Of a DNA stretch of 64,000 nt, positions 11,064 to 23,219 are shown piece by piece. Each line of letters starts with the position of its first letter. Position 1 is the stretch's first letter. The notes beneath the pieces are model-generated. The model was not told the origin of the DNA, did no database searches, and saw nothing but the letters and a program-made list of their open reading frames with translations. Position numbers and translations under genes: made by a program. The stretch lies in the NCBI GenBank assembly GCA_034226945.1, contig CP120464.1:1-64000 (forward strand). The letters run 5' to 3'. This DNA is from Picochlorum sp. SENEW3 (lineage: Eukaryota).

Positions 11064-14000
11064 ATGGTACGTTTGCGCATGTGAGAGCGAGGGCGTTGGC
11101 CGTGATGAGTGATGGAGATCACCGCTCTGTTTGATACAATCTCACGGGGTGATGGTGACATGGTTGCAGTTGACTAAATTTGAAACAAAGAGTAACCGAG
11201 TGAAGGGACTCAGTTTCCATCCGAAGAGGCCATGGATATTGGCCTCTCTTCACAGCGGGGTGGTTCAGTTGTGGGACTACAGGATGGGGACGTTGATTGA
11301 TCGCTTCGATGAGCATGAAGGGCCTGTTCGAGGAGTGGATTTTCATCCATCTCAGCCTCTGTTTGTGTCTGGAGGAGATGATTACAAGATTAAGGTGTGG
11401 AACTATAAGCAGAGAAGGTGCTTGTTTACGCTGCTGGGGCATTTGGATTACATTCGCACGGTGCAGTTTCACAGCGAGTCTCCGTGGATTGTGAGTGCAT
11501 CTGATGATCAGACAATACGTGTTTGGAATTGGCAGTCGAGGACGTGTGCGGCTGTGTTGACGGGGCATAATCACTATGTGATGTGTGCTCAGTTCCACCC
11601 AAAGGAGGATTTGGTGGTTTCTGCCTCGCTGGATCAGACTGTGCGTGTGTGGGATATTAGCGCGTTGCGGAAGAAGAATGTGACCCCAGGTATGGGTCCG
11701 CGCGACGAGCTGTCAATGAGGGCGGCACAGGCGAATGCAGAATTGTTTGGAAGCGGGGATGCTGTTGTCAAGTATGTGCTGGAGGGGCATGACCGTGGTG
11801 TGAATTGGGCGTCTTTCCATCCGAGTCTTCCCCTGATTGTGTCAGGAGCTGATGATCGACAGGTCAAGTTGTGGCGAATGAATGACACAAAGGCGTGGGA
11901 GGTTGATACACTGCGGGGTCATGTGAATAATGTGTCGAGTGTACTGTTCCATCCAAAGCAGGATCTCATCATCTCGGATTCTGAGGATAAGTCTCTTCGC
12001 GTGTGGGATATGTCCAAGAGAGTCGGCGTGCAGACATTCAGACGTGAGCATGATCGGTTCTGGATCCTTGCGGCTCATCCCAATATTAATTTGTTGGCTG
12101 CCGGGCATGATTCTGGAATGGTGGTGTTCAAATTGGAGCGGGAAAGGCCAGCCTTTGCCTCGCATGGCACGACGCTGTTCTACATCAAAGACCGGTACAT
12201 CAGATCGTATGATTTTGCAACGGGAAGAGATGCGCCTTTGACGGCGTTGCGCCGCAACCCTGCTGCGCTGTACAACCAAGGTGCTCGGTCAATGTCCTAC
12301 AATCCAGCAGAGAACTCTGCCTTGGTGCAGTCTGATGCAGAGGGTGGTACCTGGGAGCTGTATCCACTGCCAAAAGATGGTTCATCTGTCAGAGATACTG
12401 GGGATGTCAAGCGCGGAGATGGATCTTCCACTGTCTTTATTGCTCGCAACAGATTTGCTTCCTTTGACAAGTCAAGCAACACGATTGTCGTGCGTGATCT
12501 GAGAGGGGACATTACGAAGAAGGTAGCATCTCCATTGCCAGCCACCGAAGGTATTTTTTATGCTGGTACAGGCATGCTGTTGCTGCGCTCGGAGGAAAAG
12601 GTGGCCTTGTTTGATGTGCAGCAGCGCAATGTTGCTGCCGACATTTCTGCTCCAATGGTCAAGTATGTGGTCTGGAGCGGGGACATGGAACGGGTTGCTT
12701 TGCTCTCAAAGCACTCAATCGTCATCGCTGATCGAAAGTTTCAGAATACAGTTACCATTCATGAGACGATCCGAATCAAGAGTGCAGCATGGGATGATGC
12801 AGGTGTGCTTGTCTACACCACGTTGAACCACATCAAGTACTGTCTGCCATCTGGGGACAGCGGAGTGGTGAGAACTCTCGAATCGCCTGTATACCTGACA
12901 AAAGTGCATAATGATATGGTATATTGCTTGGATAGAGAGGCCAAGCCGCGTGTGGTGCAGATTAACAGTGCAGAATACAAGTTCAAACTTGCCCTGTCAG
13001 AGAAGAAATACGATGTTGTTCTGGGAATGATTCGTGCTGGAAAGCTGTGTGGGGAAGCAATCATTGCCTTTTTGCAGGAAAAGGGTTATCCTGAAGTGGC
13101 ATTGCACTTTGTGAAGGACGAAAGGATGCGCTTCAATTTGGCCATTGAGTGTGGAAATATTGAAGTGGCTCTCGAAAGTGCCCAGGCCCTCGACACCAGG
13201 GTAATGTGGCAGCGCCTTGGTACAGAAGCTCTTCGCCAAGGAAATTTCAAGATTGTGGAGTTTGCGTATCAGAAAACAAAGGATTATGAACGGCTCTCAT
13301 TCCTGTATGCCATCACAGGAGACACTGACAAGCTTGCCAAGATGGGCAAGATTGCCGAAGTCCGTGGAGACATTGCTTCGGCATTCCACAATGCACTTTA
13401 TATTGGAGATGCAAAGGAACGTGTCCGCATCTTGAGGGAAGGTGGCCAGCCATCATTGGCATATTTGACAGCCTGCACCAATGGTCTTGCAGAGGAGGTG
13501 GCAGAGTTGGAGGCTGAGATTGGAGAGGAAAATTTGCCATCCCTCCCAAATCCTGCACACGTAAAGCAACTGAGAATTCCAGTCCCAATCACGAAGGAGG
13601 CGAACTGGCCTCTTCTCACAGTGTCAAAGGGATTCTTTGAGAGTCTTGCGACAAAGGATGCAGAGAAAGCCAAAGGTGTTGCACAAGCAGCAGCTGCTGT
13701 TGCAGATGAGGTTGACCTTTCGGCTGTGGCTGATGCATGGGGTGACGAAGACGACGTGCTGGCCATTGGAGACGGTGTCGAGGAAGAAGGAGAGGGTGAC
13801 ATGGGCTTGGGCGAGGAAGGATCTGATGGGTGGGAGATGGAAGATCTTGATTTGCCACCTGAGGCTCTGGCAGCTGCAGATGATATAGGTCTTGATGGCA
13901 CTGGGGAAGAGTTTGTGTCGCCAAATCCAGGGCCTACCATGGCAAACCAGTGGTCTACCAATTGCCATCTTCCAGCTGAACAGGTTGCGGCAGGAGCATT

Positions 14001-14862
14001 TGACACTGCCATGCGCTTGTTGCAGCGCCAGGCCGGTATTTCTCGCTTCGAGCCAATGAAAAAGCACTTCCTCGATGTGTTCAGATGCAGTCATGGGTGC
14101 CAGCCAGGTTTATCTGGGTTGCCATCCATGACGATTCCATTGAATAGAGGATGGGATCCAGAGGTAGATGCACAAAACTTGTGTGCACCAGCCCTCCCAC
14201 TGTCCCTCCCATTGCAGGAAGAGAGATTGGTCAAATCATACCGTTTGGTTACGGAGGGTAAATTCGCCGATGCATTGTCATCATTTGATGAAATCCTGCA
14301 CTCTATTCCATTGCTGGTGGTTGATTCCAGGAAGGAAGCAGATGAAGTCAAGGAGCTGCTGTCTATTGCTCGGGACTATAACATTGCATTGAGAGTAGAA
14401 TTAAAGCGCCGAGAAGTCAAGAGCGAGCCATCAAGGGCCGCAGAGCTGGCAGCTTACTTCACACACTGCAACCTCCAAAGGGTGCATGCTGCTCTGAGTT
14501 TGAGAAGTGCAATGACGACCTTCTTCAAGCTGAAGAACTACAACTCCTGTGCGACCTTCTGCAGACGGCTGTTGGAGTTACAGCCTGATGAAAAGATGGC
14601 CACACAGGCCAGACAAGTGCTGGCAGCATGTGAGAAGAATCCAGTGGATGAGGTTCAGCTGGACTATGATCCAAGGAATCCATTTGACATATGCTCGGTC
14701 ACATTCTCACCAATATACAAAGGCAATGCATTTGTAGAGGATCCATATACCAAAGCCAAGTTCAAGCCAGAATGTGAGGGTCAAGTTTCCCCAGTTGGCA
14801 ATGTTGCTGTAATTGGAGATCAATCCTCAGGACTGGTCTTGTGCAAAGCACAGTTGAAGTAA
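11064..14862 (+). CDS. COPA: Coatomer subunit alpha; first coding exon is ATG only (11064-11066), intron 11067-11169
   Basis: Splicing restores the canonical MLTKFETKSNRVKGLSFHPKRPW start; WD40 repeats and COPI C-terminal domain. Confidence 0.97.
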
Positions 14863-14890
14863 GTCGTTTACAATGTAAAATCTATTGCAA

Positions 14891-15895
14891 TCATTTTTTC
14901 TTTGCACCAATAAATTCCTTCTTTCTACCCTCGAACCCTGCGCGAAGAAGTTTCTTCTCTCGTCGTTCCTTCTTTGCAGCCTTTTTCGAGTCAATCCTTG
15001 CCTGAATATTATCTCGCCTCTTCTGCTGCCGCTGACTCTGCTTTTCCTTGACCTTTTCAGTCCTCTCTGCCCATGCCTGCGACTTTTTCTCTCGCAGCTT
15101 CTCGTCCTTTTTGATTGACTTCTTGAGCAACTTTGGATCATCCAGTACCTTTTCCCCATGTGCTCGTGCCAGAGCAGCTTTCCATGCCCTCTTCTTCTCC
15201 TCCTCTTTGCTCAAAACCTTTTCCTTATCCTTCTCCACCTTTTCCAAAATTTCTTGCTTCGACAGTTTGTTCTTCTTTTTGATACCATCCTCCTGACCAA
15301 AGTCTAATTTCCCAAAGGAAAACTCAGATCCTGTGGCCTTCTTGGGAGTATTCACCCCCTGTTGCTTCTTCTCTACCACTTTTTCTGACCCCTTCTTACT
15401 ACTCTTTGCTAGCCTATCTACCTTTGAAATCTTCTGCCGGGCCTGTTTCTGCTGGACCGCAGCCTTCTTCCTACCCACCTGAAGAGCCCCATCCTTCCAC
15501 TCCTTTGCCGATCTCACCTTTTCGCTATTTTCCTCCGCCTTACGCTGCATACGCATCTCTTCCAACTTTTTTTTCAATCGTTGTCGAAGATCCTCCTTGT
15601 CAGGAAACCCATTCTGATGATGTACAGGCACCCCATCATCACCTGCCAGAGCCTGCTTCCTCTCCATCTCCTGCTTCTTCAGGGCCTCCACAGTACCTCC
15701 AGCCTGATCAGGATCCAACTTTGCCCTCTTGTTATCCTTATGCTTTCTCTTAAACTCCTCCCGAATAGCTTCCCGCTTCGTCTTTTCCAGAAAGCGCATG
15801 GCTATGGGCCCCTCCTCAGGAACCAAATAGTGCTTCGCAGGAATGAGATCCACGAGGCGGTCAAAAAAGACCGCCCGTTGGCTATATACTTCCAT
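14891..15895 (-). CDS. SURF6: SURF6/RRP14 nucleolar ribosome biogenesis protein
   Basis: FFDRLVDLIPAKHY, KRAKLDPD, WKAALARAHGEKVLDDPKLLKKSIK, RAGFEGR. Confidence 0.88.
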   Translation of the reverse strand: MEVYSQRAVFFDRLVDLIPAKHYLVPEEGPIAMRFLEKTKREAIREEFKRKHKDNKRAKLDPDQAGGTVEALKKQEMERKQALAGDDGVPVHHQNGFPDKEDLRQRLKKKLEEMRMQRKAEENSEKVRSAKEWKDGALQVGRKKAAVQQKQARQKISKVDRLAKSSKKGSEKVVEKKQQGVNTPKKATGSEFSFGKLDFGQEDGIKKKNKLSKQEILEKVEKDKEKVLSKEEEKKRAWKAALARAHGEKVLDDPKLLKKSIKKDEKLREKKSQAWAERTEKVKEKQSQRQQKRRDNIQARIDSKKAAKKERREKKLLRAGFEGRKKEFIGAKKK

Positions 15896-16217
15896 CTATC
15901 TTCTATTCACGTTTTACAAACGCCTTGCACTCCAAGCTCGCTGACACGTTCCACAGAAGCGACACAATGTGGCATGCACTCTCGTCCAAAACCAAAAATA
16001 TGCCCGCCAAAAATATAATTCTATGAATCAATTCAATTGAAAATGATGCATCCATCGAATTTCCATAATGCATCAGGACATTGTCTCATATGGAAGATCT
16101 CTATATAGAGAGAGATCTTCTCTCAGGTAGCTGAGAGAAAGAAAGATGTGGCTACAGTAATGATACATTCCATGATTCTAAGCATTCTCTTCTACATACC
16201 GTAAATTTGGAAAATAC

Positions 16218-17320
16218 ATGACCACGCCTGCATCCATAATGCTGCAACAACGAGTCCTGTCCAGGCTCTTGTTGCTCCAACAACAGTCAGAAAGGACAAC
16301 TGGCTGTCACCCACGCCATTTGATGACTCTGCTTCGCCATGAACGGAGCACCATAGCGCATTCTAGAAAGAAGAATATATTCAGGGATCCAGGACGTGTG
16401 GACGATGAGCTCAAGGTACGCGAGTTTAGAATTCACGAGTTCAATGCATGTACACACATGTGGCATGTCACGAATTTGACCTACCCACGGGACGATAATG
16501 TCAATGTGGGTGCCTTCTTTTGCAGAATCTTTATAGTAGCAGTAGATTTAATGACGACGATGACGATGACGAGAGCATACACGGGACGCCTGTTCAACAG
16601 GAAGTGGATGAGAGTGCCTTGTTGCAATCAACGTCCATCAGTTCCGACAATGACGGCAGTCGAGGTGGAGCAGGAGGAGCAGGAAAGATGCCAAAACCGA
16701 AACAAACTAGGGTCAAATCTGCCGAGTTCATCAAGAGTAGCGTTCGAGTGGAGGATTGCCCACCTCCCACATACCCAGAATTTGCAGTGATAGGAAGGAG
16801 TAACGTGGGGAAATCGTCCCTCATCAATCTGTTGACTGGTAGGAATGCATTAGCCATGGTCTCAAAGACCCCTGGTAAAACAAAATGCATCAATCACTTT
16901 TTCATTAATAAATCATGGTACCTTGTTGATCTGCCAGGGTATGGGTATGCCCGCACCAGCAAAGAGAACATCATGGGGTGGAACAAGTTTACGCGCGATT
17001 ATTTTGCCAATAGAGACACATTGGTATCTGTTCTCCTGCTGATTGATGCTAGCATCCCTCCCATGGATATTGACATTCAGTGTGCATCCTGGTTTGGGGA
17101 GTCAGAGATTCCTTTCACAATTGTGTACACAAAGCTGGATAAGAAGAAGAAGGGGTGCCCACCCGCCGAAGAGAACATTCGAGAGTTTGAAGAGAGGCTC
17201 TTGGAACAGTGGGAATCGCTTCCAGTGACCCTCAGGACAAGTTCCAAAGCTGGACTAGGGAAGAATGGGGTGTTGCAGCACATTGCACAACTGAGAGCTC
17301 TATACCACCAGGAGGCGTAA
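16218..17320 (+). CDS. engB: EngB/YihA-family ribosome biogenesis GTPase, organellar; 2 exons (16218-16415, 16526-17320)
   Basis: PEFAVIGRSNVGKSSLIN, SKTPGKT, DLPGYGY, TKLD motifs; intron 16416-16525. Confidence 0.92.
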
Positions 17321-17350
17321 TGTAATATTTTTTAATCGTTTAATATCAAT

Positions 17351-18712
17351 ATGAGAGTAACAGTATCGACATTTGATGATCGTTTAGTCAACGTCGAGGT
17401 GAGGAGGAAAACTTGATTTTCAAACAATGTCACTGCATGGTACTAAGGTTGATCTGGTTCCTATAGATTGATCAAAATGAATCCCTGTCTACATTTAAAG
17501 CTATTTTGGAGGCAGAGACTGGGGTGCCGAGCGGTCAGCAGGTTTTATACTTGGGTGGCAAGGTGTTGGTGAGTGGTCCTAGCGATACCAAGACATTGGC
17601 GGACTTGGGGTTGGCGGATGATGATGTTGTGACGTTGGAAAAGGCATTGCCTGAGGGAGGAGGGCAGCGTTCTTCAGCGGCGGCTCCTAGGATGAATGCT
17701 GATGGTAGTTGTGAGAACCCTGAACAGCTCATGGCACTGTTGTCGCAAGATCCTGTGGGGTTACAAAGACTTCCGCCTTCTATTCGGGAGTCGATAGAAT
17801 CCAATAATGTAGAAGGTTTTCAGAAAGCATTGATCGAGTTGACAGGGGCGAGGAAAAAGGCTGCTGAAGAGGAGGCTCGATTTATGAGGTTGGCAGCAGA
17901 AGATCCCATGAACCCAGAGGTTCAGGCGAAATTAGAGGAGGCTATTCAGCAGAAGAATATCGCTGAGAATTTCGAAAATGCTATAGAGCATAATCCAGAG
18001 GCATTTGCGTCAGTAGTGATGCTGTATGTGAACATGGAGGTGAATGGATCTCCGTTAAAGGCATTTGTTGATAGTGGTGCTCAAATGACAATCATGTGCG
18101 TCAAAGTGATGATTCCGTCTTTATGTTTTCTTGTTCTAATGAAATGTGGTTGTGATATGTTCCAGGAGCAAGAGCTGTGCGGAGAAATGTGGGATTCTGA
18201 GGCTCATGGATACCAGGTTTCGAGGGACAGCTGTCGGTGTGGGCAAGGCTGAAATCTTGGGGAGAGTCCATATGGCTCCATTGAAAGCTGGAGGAGAGCA
18301 CATTCCGGTCTCTATTACGGTCCTTGACCAGGAAGGAATGGATTTTTTGTTTGGCCTGGACAATTTGAAACGACACCAGTGCAATATTGATTTGCAGGCC
18401 AATTGCCTCCGTTTCCCAGCGTTGAAGATTGAGCTACCATTCTTGTCGGAACATGAAATTCCAAAGAATATTTTTACAGAAGCACAGCAGCAAGCTCAGG
18501 CAGAACAGAGCGCCCAACCTGTTCCACCACCACAGCAGCAGCGGCAGCAGCAGCAAAGCACCCAACCTGCTGTGCCACAGCAACAGGAATTTAGTTCAGA
18601 AAAGATCAATGTATTGATGCAATTAGGATTTCCGAGAGAAAAATGCATTGCAGCTCTGAGAGCGGCGGGAGGAAACGAGGAAATGGCAGCCAGCTTGCTG
18701 TTTAGCATGTGA
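17351..18712 (+). CDS. DDI1: DNA damage-inducible protein 1 (UBL, retroviral-like aspartyl protease, UBA); 3 exons
   Basis: AFVDSGAQMTIM|SKSCAEKCG joined by intron 18096-18165; first intron 17399-17466; C-terminal UBA LMQLGF. Confidence 0.93.
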
Positions 18713-18886
18713 CAGCCTGTCACTGACAGGTCAGCCTGGCCTTGCTTGGCCAGTCCTAGAATTCTTCCTAGATTGCTCGCATCGTACGCATTTATCCATG
18801 GAGAACACCCATATGCCGTCACTCGACAGTCAAAAACATATATATTATATTATTGTAAGAGTCATACGTACAAAACAACAGCAGGG

Positions 18887-19588
18887 ATGTCGGAAGAGAA
18901 AGTGAGCCAAGGGTGTGGTGGGTTTGCCAAGAGGTTTTCTCCCAAAACCGAACCGGAAACCTCTTTAAAGCTTCGTGCGGGTGTCGCTCTCCCTCATGTT
19001 ACATTGCCAACTACCGAGGTATGATATATTTGATCCAGCAAATGCCTGCTGCTCCGTACCACCTAAGACAGATCACCTTGTTCACTGCAGGGAGGCAAAG
19101 TGGAGATTGGGGCACCCACGGGGCGATGGCAGCTTGTCATAGCGTACAGAGGCAAGCATGATTCTCTTGATCTGACATATCTCGCTGCACTTCAGCATTT
19201 GATGCCAGAGTTTGAGGAGTTGAGCGTTGATGTGGTTGCTGTGTCAGCTGATACAAGGAACAAGGCATGCTCCTTTGTGGATGACCTCCGTGGAGCCGTT
19301 CTTGCCGTGAGTCCAGATACCAAGGCGGCAAGAATCATGTTTAAAGTTGCATACGGAATGAGCGAGCAACAGATGAGGCGCTGGGGTCTCTACGTCTCTA
19401 GGCCATTAAGCCCTGATGAGACGGTGAACCTCTTCAGTGAACCAGCTGTGTTTCTTGTGAACCCTGCAGGTCTCATTCACGCCATGGTCTACTCGAATGC
19501 TACTTTTGCTAGGCCAGACCTGAAACAGATCATCCAGGGAATCAAAATGGTACAAGACCAAAAGATGCCAATCAGAGGAACATTTTGA
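18887..19588 (+). CDS. AhpC/TSA peroxiredoxin-like protein lacking the CxxC; 2 exons (18887-19018, 19091-19588)
   Basis: WQLVIAYRGKH, VVAVSADT, WGLYVS, FSEPAVFLVNP, FARPDL, PIRGTF match the PRX-like2 pattern; intron 19019-19090. Confidence 0.8.
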
Positions 19589-19613
19589 GCATTTCAAACA
19601 TTTACATGTACAT

Positions 19614-20468
19614 TCATGAGTGTGGAACAAATTCACTGGCTAAATGAGAGAGCTGGTTTTGATCTTCTTTTTCAAAAGACTCCATTGACTGAATCAAATG
19701 CTCTTTCAACTTGCTCACCTCCACGTGTATACTGTTTAGGATATTCCTCTTCTTTGCCAAATCTGATGCAATGGAATCCCGCTCAGATTTCAATGCAGCC
19801 AATTCCCCCAAGCACGTTTTCCTCCTCTCAACCTCATGCTTCAATCTATCAATCATCAATTGATGCGCAGCATCCTCTACACCACTTGCAACCTCCTCTA
19901 CATCCATCTCCTCCTTCCCACTCTCCCCACTCTTTCCCTCTACATCCATCACCTGTTCACCTTCCTCCACATCCTCCATCACCTTTTCTTCTTCCTTTAC
20001 CTCGGCCTCCTTCAACGTCAGATACTCTTCCTCTGACACCAATTCCAACTCCTCAGGGGTATACTGAGACGTGTATGATCTGCATGCCTGAATTTCCCTC
20101 TGATAATGCTGCTTCTCGTACAACAGATTTTGTAGATGTAGACTCGAGGTATCTAATTCAGACTTTACACCGGCAGTCTCCTCTCGAAGCCCCTCCACCA
20201 CCTCACACAGGGCCCTATGGTGTCGCTTGAGATTTAAAATCTGCACTATTCCCGCACTATACAACTCATCCGCTGACGTCGCCTGGTCAATATGAGATAT
20301 ATCTACTATTACTTTATTAATTTCCTCTACTGCAGTCCGAGCATGCTGGAACAGCTCCGCATGTTCAGTCTTCTTCAAGTCAGTCACGTCCCCCGCTCCC
20401 TCCTCCTTTTTCTGCCCCGCTTTTCTGCCTTTTGATTTCATGTTTTTCGTGATTATTTTATAATTCAT
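19614..20468 (-). CDS. THOC5: THO complex subunit 5-like (N-terminal FMIP region only)
   Basis: LHLQNLLYEKQHYQREIQACRSY, LELVSEEEY, HQLMIDRLKHEVERRK; start may be ATG 20441. Confidence 0.8.
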   Translation of the reverse strand: MNYKIITKNMKSKGRKAGQKKEEGAGDVTDLKKTEHAELFQHARTAVEEINKVIVDISHIDQATSADELYSAGIVQILNLKRHHRALCEVVEGLREETAGVKSELDTSSLHLQNLLYEKQHYQREIQACRSYTSQYTPEELELVSEEEYLTLKEAEVKEEEKVMEDVEEGEQVMDVEGKSGESGKEEMDVEEVASGVEDAAHQLMIDRLKHEVERRKTCLGELAALKSERDSIASDLAKKRNILNSIHVEVSKLKEHLIQSMESFEKEDQNQLSHLASEFVPHS

Positions 20469-20676
20469 CCGATCCTCGGGTCAAAGCTCCATGATTCATG
20501 GATTTCTCTAAACAAATTCCCACAATGTATCTTTTTAAGGAGGCCAAGAAGCAGATCCACACAAACAATCCATGATTCTTGCATGGAATCAGATGAATGA
20601 CTATTTTATAGTTGAGAAAAGAAACTAATGGGTGATAGAGATCGGTGTGTAACGCATTGACAGAATTCGTGTCAGG

Positions 20677-23210
20677 ATGAACAGACGAGCCACTGAGATT
20701 ACCCGTGCATTGGAGAGGAAGGACATTATTTATAATGTAATTCACTCAATAGGTGGTGTTCATGAGATTGGACGGTGTGGATCCAGGGGAGTGGAGAGAA
20801 TAGCGTCGATTACTGTGAATGGAAGTCATGCTGCAGGACGGGGATTCTCGTGCCTTGCCGTGGTTGATGAGCGATATATAGATTGTTCAGGTGGAAGAGT
20901 GGCACAGTGCTCAGGGGTGTGTTCCCCTTCATCATCAGTGTTTGGTGATGGAACCAGTGTCAGTAGCAGGAGGAGGGGAATACACTCAACAGAGCATGGG
21001 TATTCATTCGCGTCGCAGCCTTTTAGGATGATGCATTCATCCGCATGGAGCATGTATTCGAGTTCGTTAGAAGGCCAGCAACAGCAGCAGCAGGGTCAGC
21101 AGCAGACAACTGGGGTTCGTTCCAGTGTTCTGGGAAGCAGCCTTGATACATCTCGGAGCGTCGTGAAATCGAATGTTCCTGTAGAAGATATTTATGCGGA
21201 TGCTGAGGAGTGCGATGAAGCTATAGAGGATTTGGAAAATGTGCGAAGGAGGGTGCAGAGCTGGAAAAAGTTGCCTCCTGGACATGTTCCATTGACAGTC
21301 AGGGTGAAGAACATCACCTCTGCAGTGCTCCATGGAGCGAAGGTCGTCCTATCATTTACTATATCGATTCCTGGAAGAATATATCGCTTCTATAGTCTGC
21401 CGAGGGAGGAGCGAAAAGCGACGTATTCGAGGTGGTGGGGTGTTGTCAAGATGGAAGCCAAGCATTATTGGCTTGGACTGAAGCTGCTTGGGAAGGATAC
21501 AAAGATTGCTTCTCGTCTTTTGGGAAGGGTTCTGTCGGGGAAGACGCTGTCTCGAAGGGAGCGTCAACAGTTGACACGAACGACTGCCGATATATTCAGA
21601 TTGGTACCCATGATGGTGTTCTTGGTGGTGCCGTTTATGGAATTGCTGTTGCCTGTGGCTCTGAAGCTCTTCCCCAACATGCTTCCTTCAACTTTCGAGG
21701 ACAAGTTGAAGAAAGAGGAAGATATGAAAAAGCGTGTTGCTGCTAGATTAGAGATTGCAAGGTTCCTGCAGGACACAGTTGCAGAGATGGCTGGAGACAT
21801 GACTGCACACCGCAGCGGTGACACAAAGACTTCGGCAGCAGAGCTGTATGGTTTCATGCAGCGTGTGCGAGCTGGAGAGAATGTGGATACATCCGAGCTG
21901 CTCAAGTTCGCAAAGCTGTTCAATGATGAACTGACCTTGGATAATTTGGAGAGGGTGCAGCTGGTGAGTTTGTGCAGGTTTGTTGGCATCAGTCCGTTTG
22001 GCACAGATGCCTTCCTCAAAACAAGACTCCGCAGTCACTTGATTGAAATAAAATCAGATGATCAAGAGATCCAGGAGGAAGGTATAGAAAACTTGACAGA
22101 GGATGAACTCAGGCAGGCGTGTAGGGCTCGTGGCATGAGGGCTCCATTTGGGGAGGGAGCTGTGAAATTCATGCGCCAGCAGCTCGAGGAATGGCTTGAT
22201 TGGAGTTTGAACAGATCTCTTCCATCGTCACTATTGCTCTTATCGCGGGCATTCACGGTGACATCTCCAGTTGGTCAGCCTAGCTCGGTGGATGTGTCGT
22301 CCATCCGTGAAACCTTGTCAACCATGCCAGAGGAAGTGGTCGAGGATGTGGAGCTTTTCGCAACCAGTAGTGCTGATAAATCAGATGCGTACGAAAGAAA
22401 GCTGGAGCTCTTGGAGCGTGAGGAAGAACTTATTAGAGAGGAGCAGGAATGTGAAATGGATTTGAACCTCCCTGCCATGTCCACCACTGGCTCTGCTGCA
22501 GAAAAGGCAGCCACAGCCGCCGCTGCTGCCGTCGTCAAAGAAGCCGCAGCTTCGTCTCTGGCCGATGTTTTAGATAGGGAGTCTGCAGAGGAAAAGAGTT
22601 TCAAGGCAGCTGCAGCAAAGCAAGCAAAGATGCAAAAGATTCTGAATGCATTAGCAGCATTGGCATCATCAAGTGGCGTGATTTCAGAAAGAGAGGCCTT
22701 CATGGATCTTGTAGAAAATGAAATCTCACGTTTACAGGCCAGTATGGGAAATCAAGGAACCGGCATGGTGTTCACCAAGGGCCAGCTGAATGTCGACAGA
22801 AGCAGAATTGAGGAAGCACTTGGACAGCGACGGTTGGAGGATAGAGTCACAAACATCCTCAAGCGGGTGGAGAAAGAGTTGGATATGGTTGAATCAAAAA
22901 TTGGAAATAAATTCAGAGTGTTGGATGTTGATAACGATGGAGTGGTATGTTGCATTTGTTCAAATATACATGGAATTCACCTGTATCTTTTTCCCTCATA
23001 CATGTACACCTATGTATCCTGCAGATTTCCGAGGAAGAAATGAAGCTTGCTATGACATTTTTGAAAGAGCAGTTGGGCGAGGAAGAACTCAAAGCCATGC
23101 TTGAGCAGCTTCAAATGGAAGGATCTGGCGGTATTGATGTGAAAACTCTCATGAGGCATGGTCTTCCAGACGATGATGATGATGAGAGCAGCAAGAGTCA
23201 CCAGTCATGA
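20677..23210 (+). CDS. LETM1: LETM1/Mdm38 mitochondrial inner-membrane protein with EF-hand; intron 22945-23024
   Basis: HYWLGLKLL, LSRRERQQLTRTTADIFRLVP, LPVALKLFPNMLPSTF, ACRARGM; EF-hand DVDNDGV|ISEEE. Confidence 0.93.
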
Positions 23211-23219
23211 TGTAACCAA

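Noticed and set aside
18096..18165. Apparent frameshift or GC-AG intron in DDI1
   Set aside because: A canonical GTGCGT...CCAG intron restores TIMSKSC
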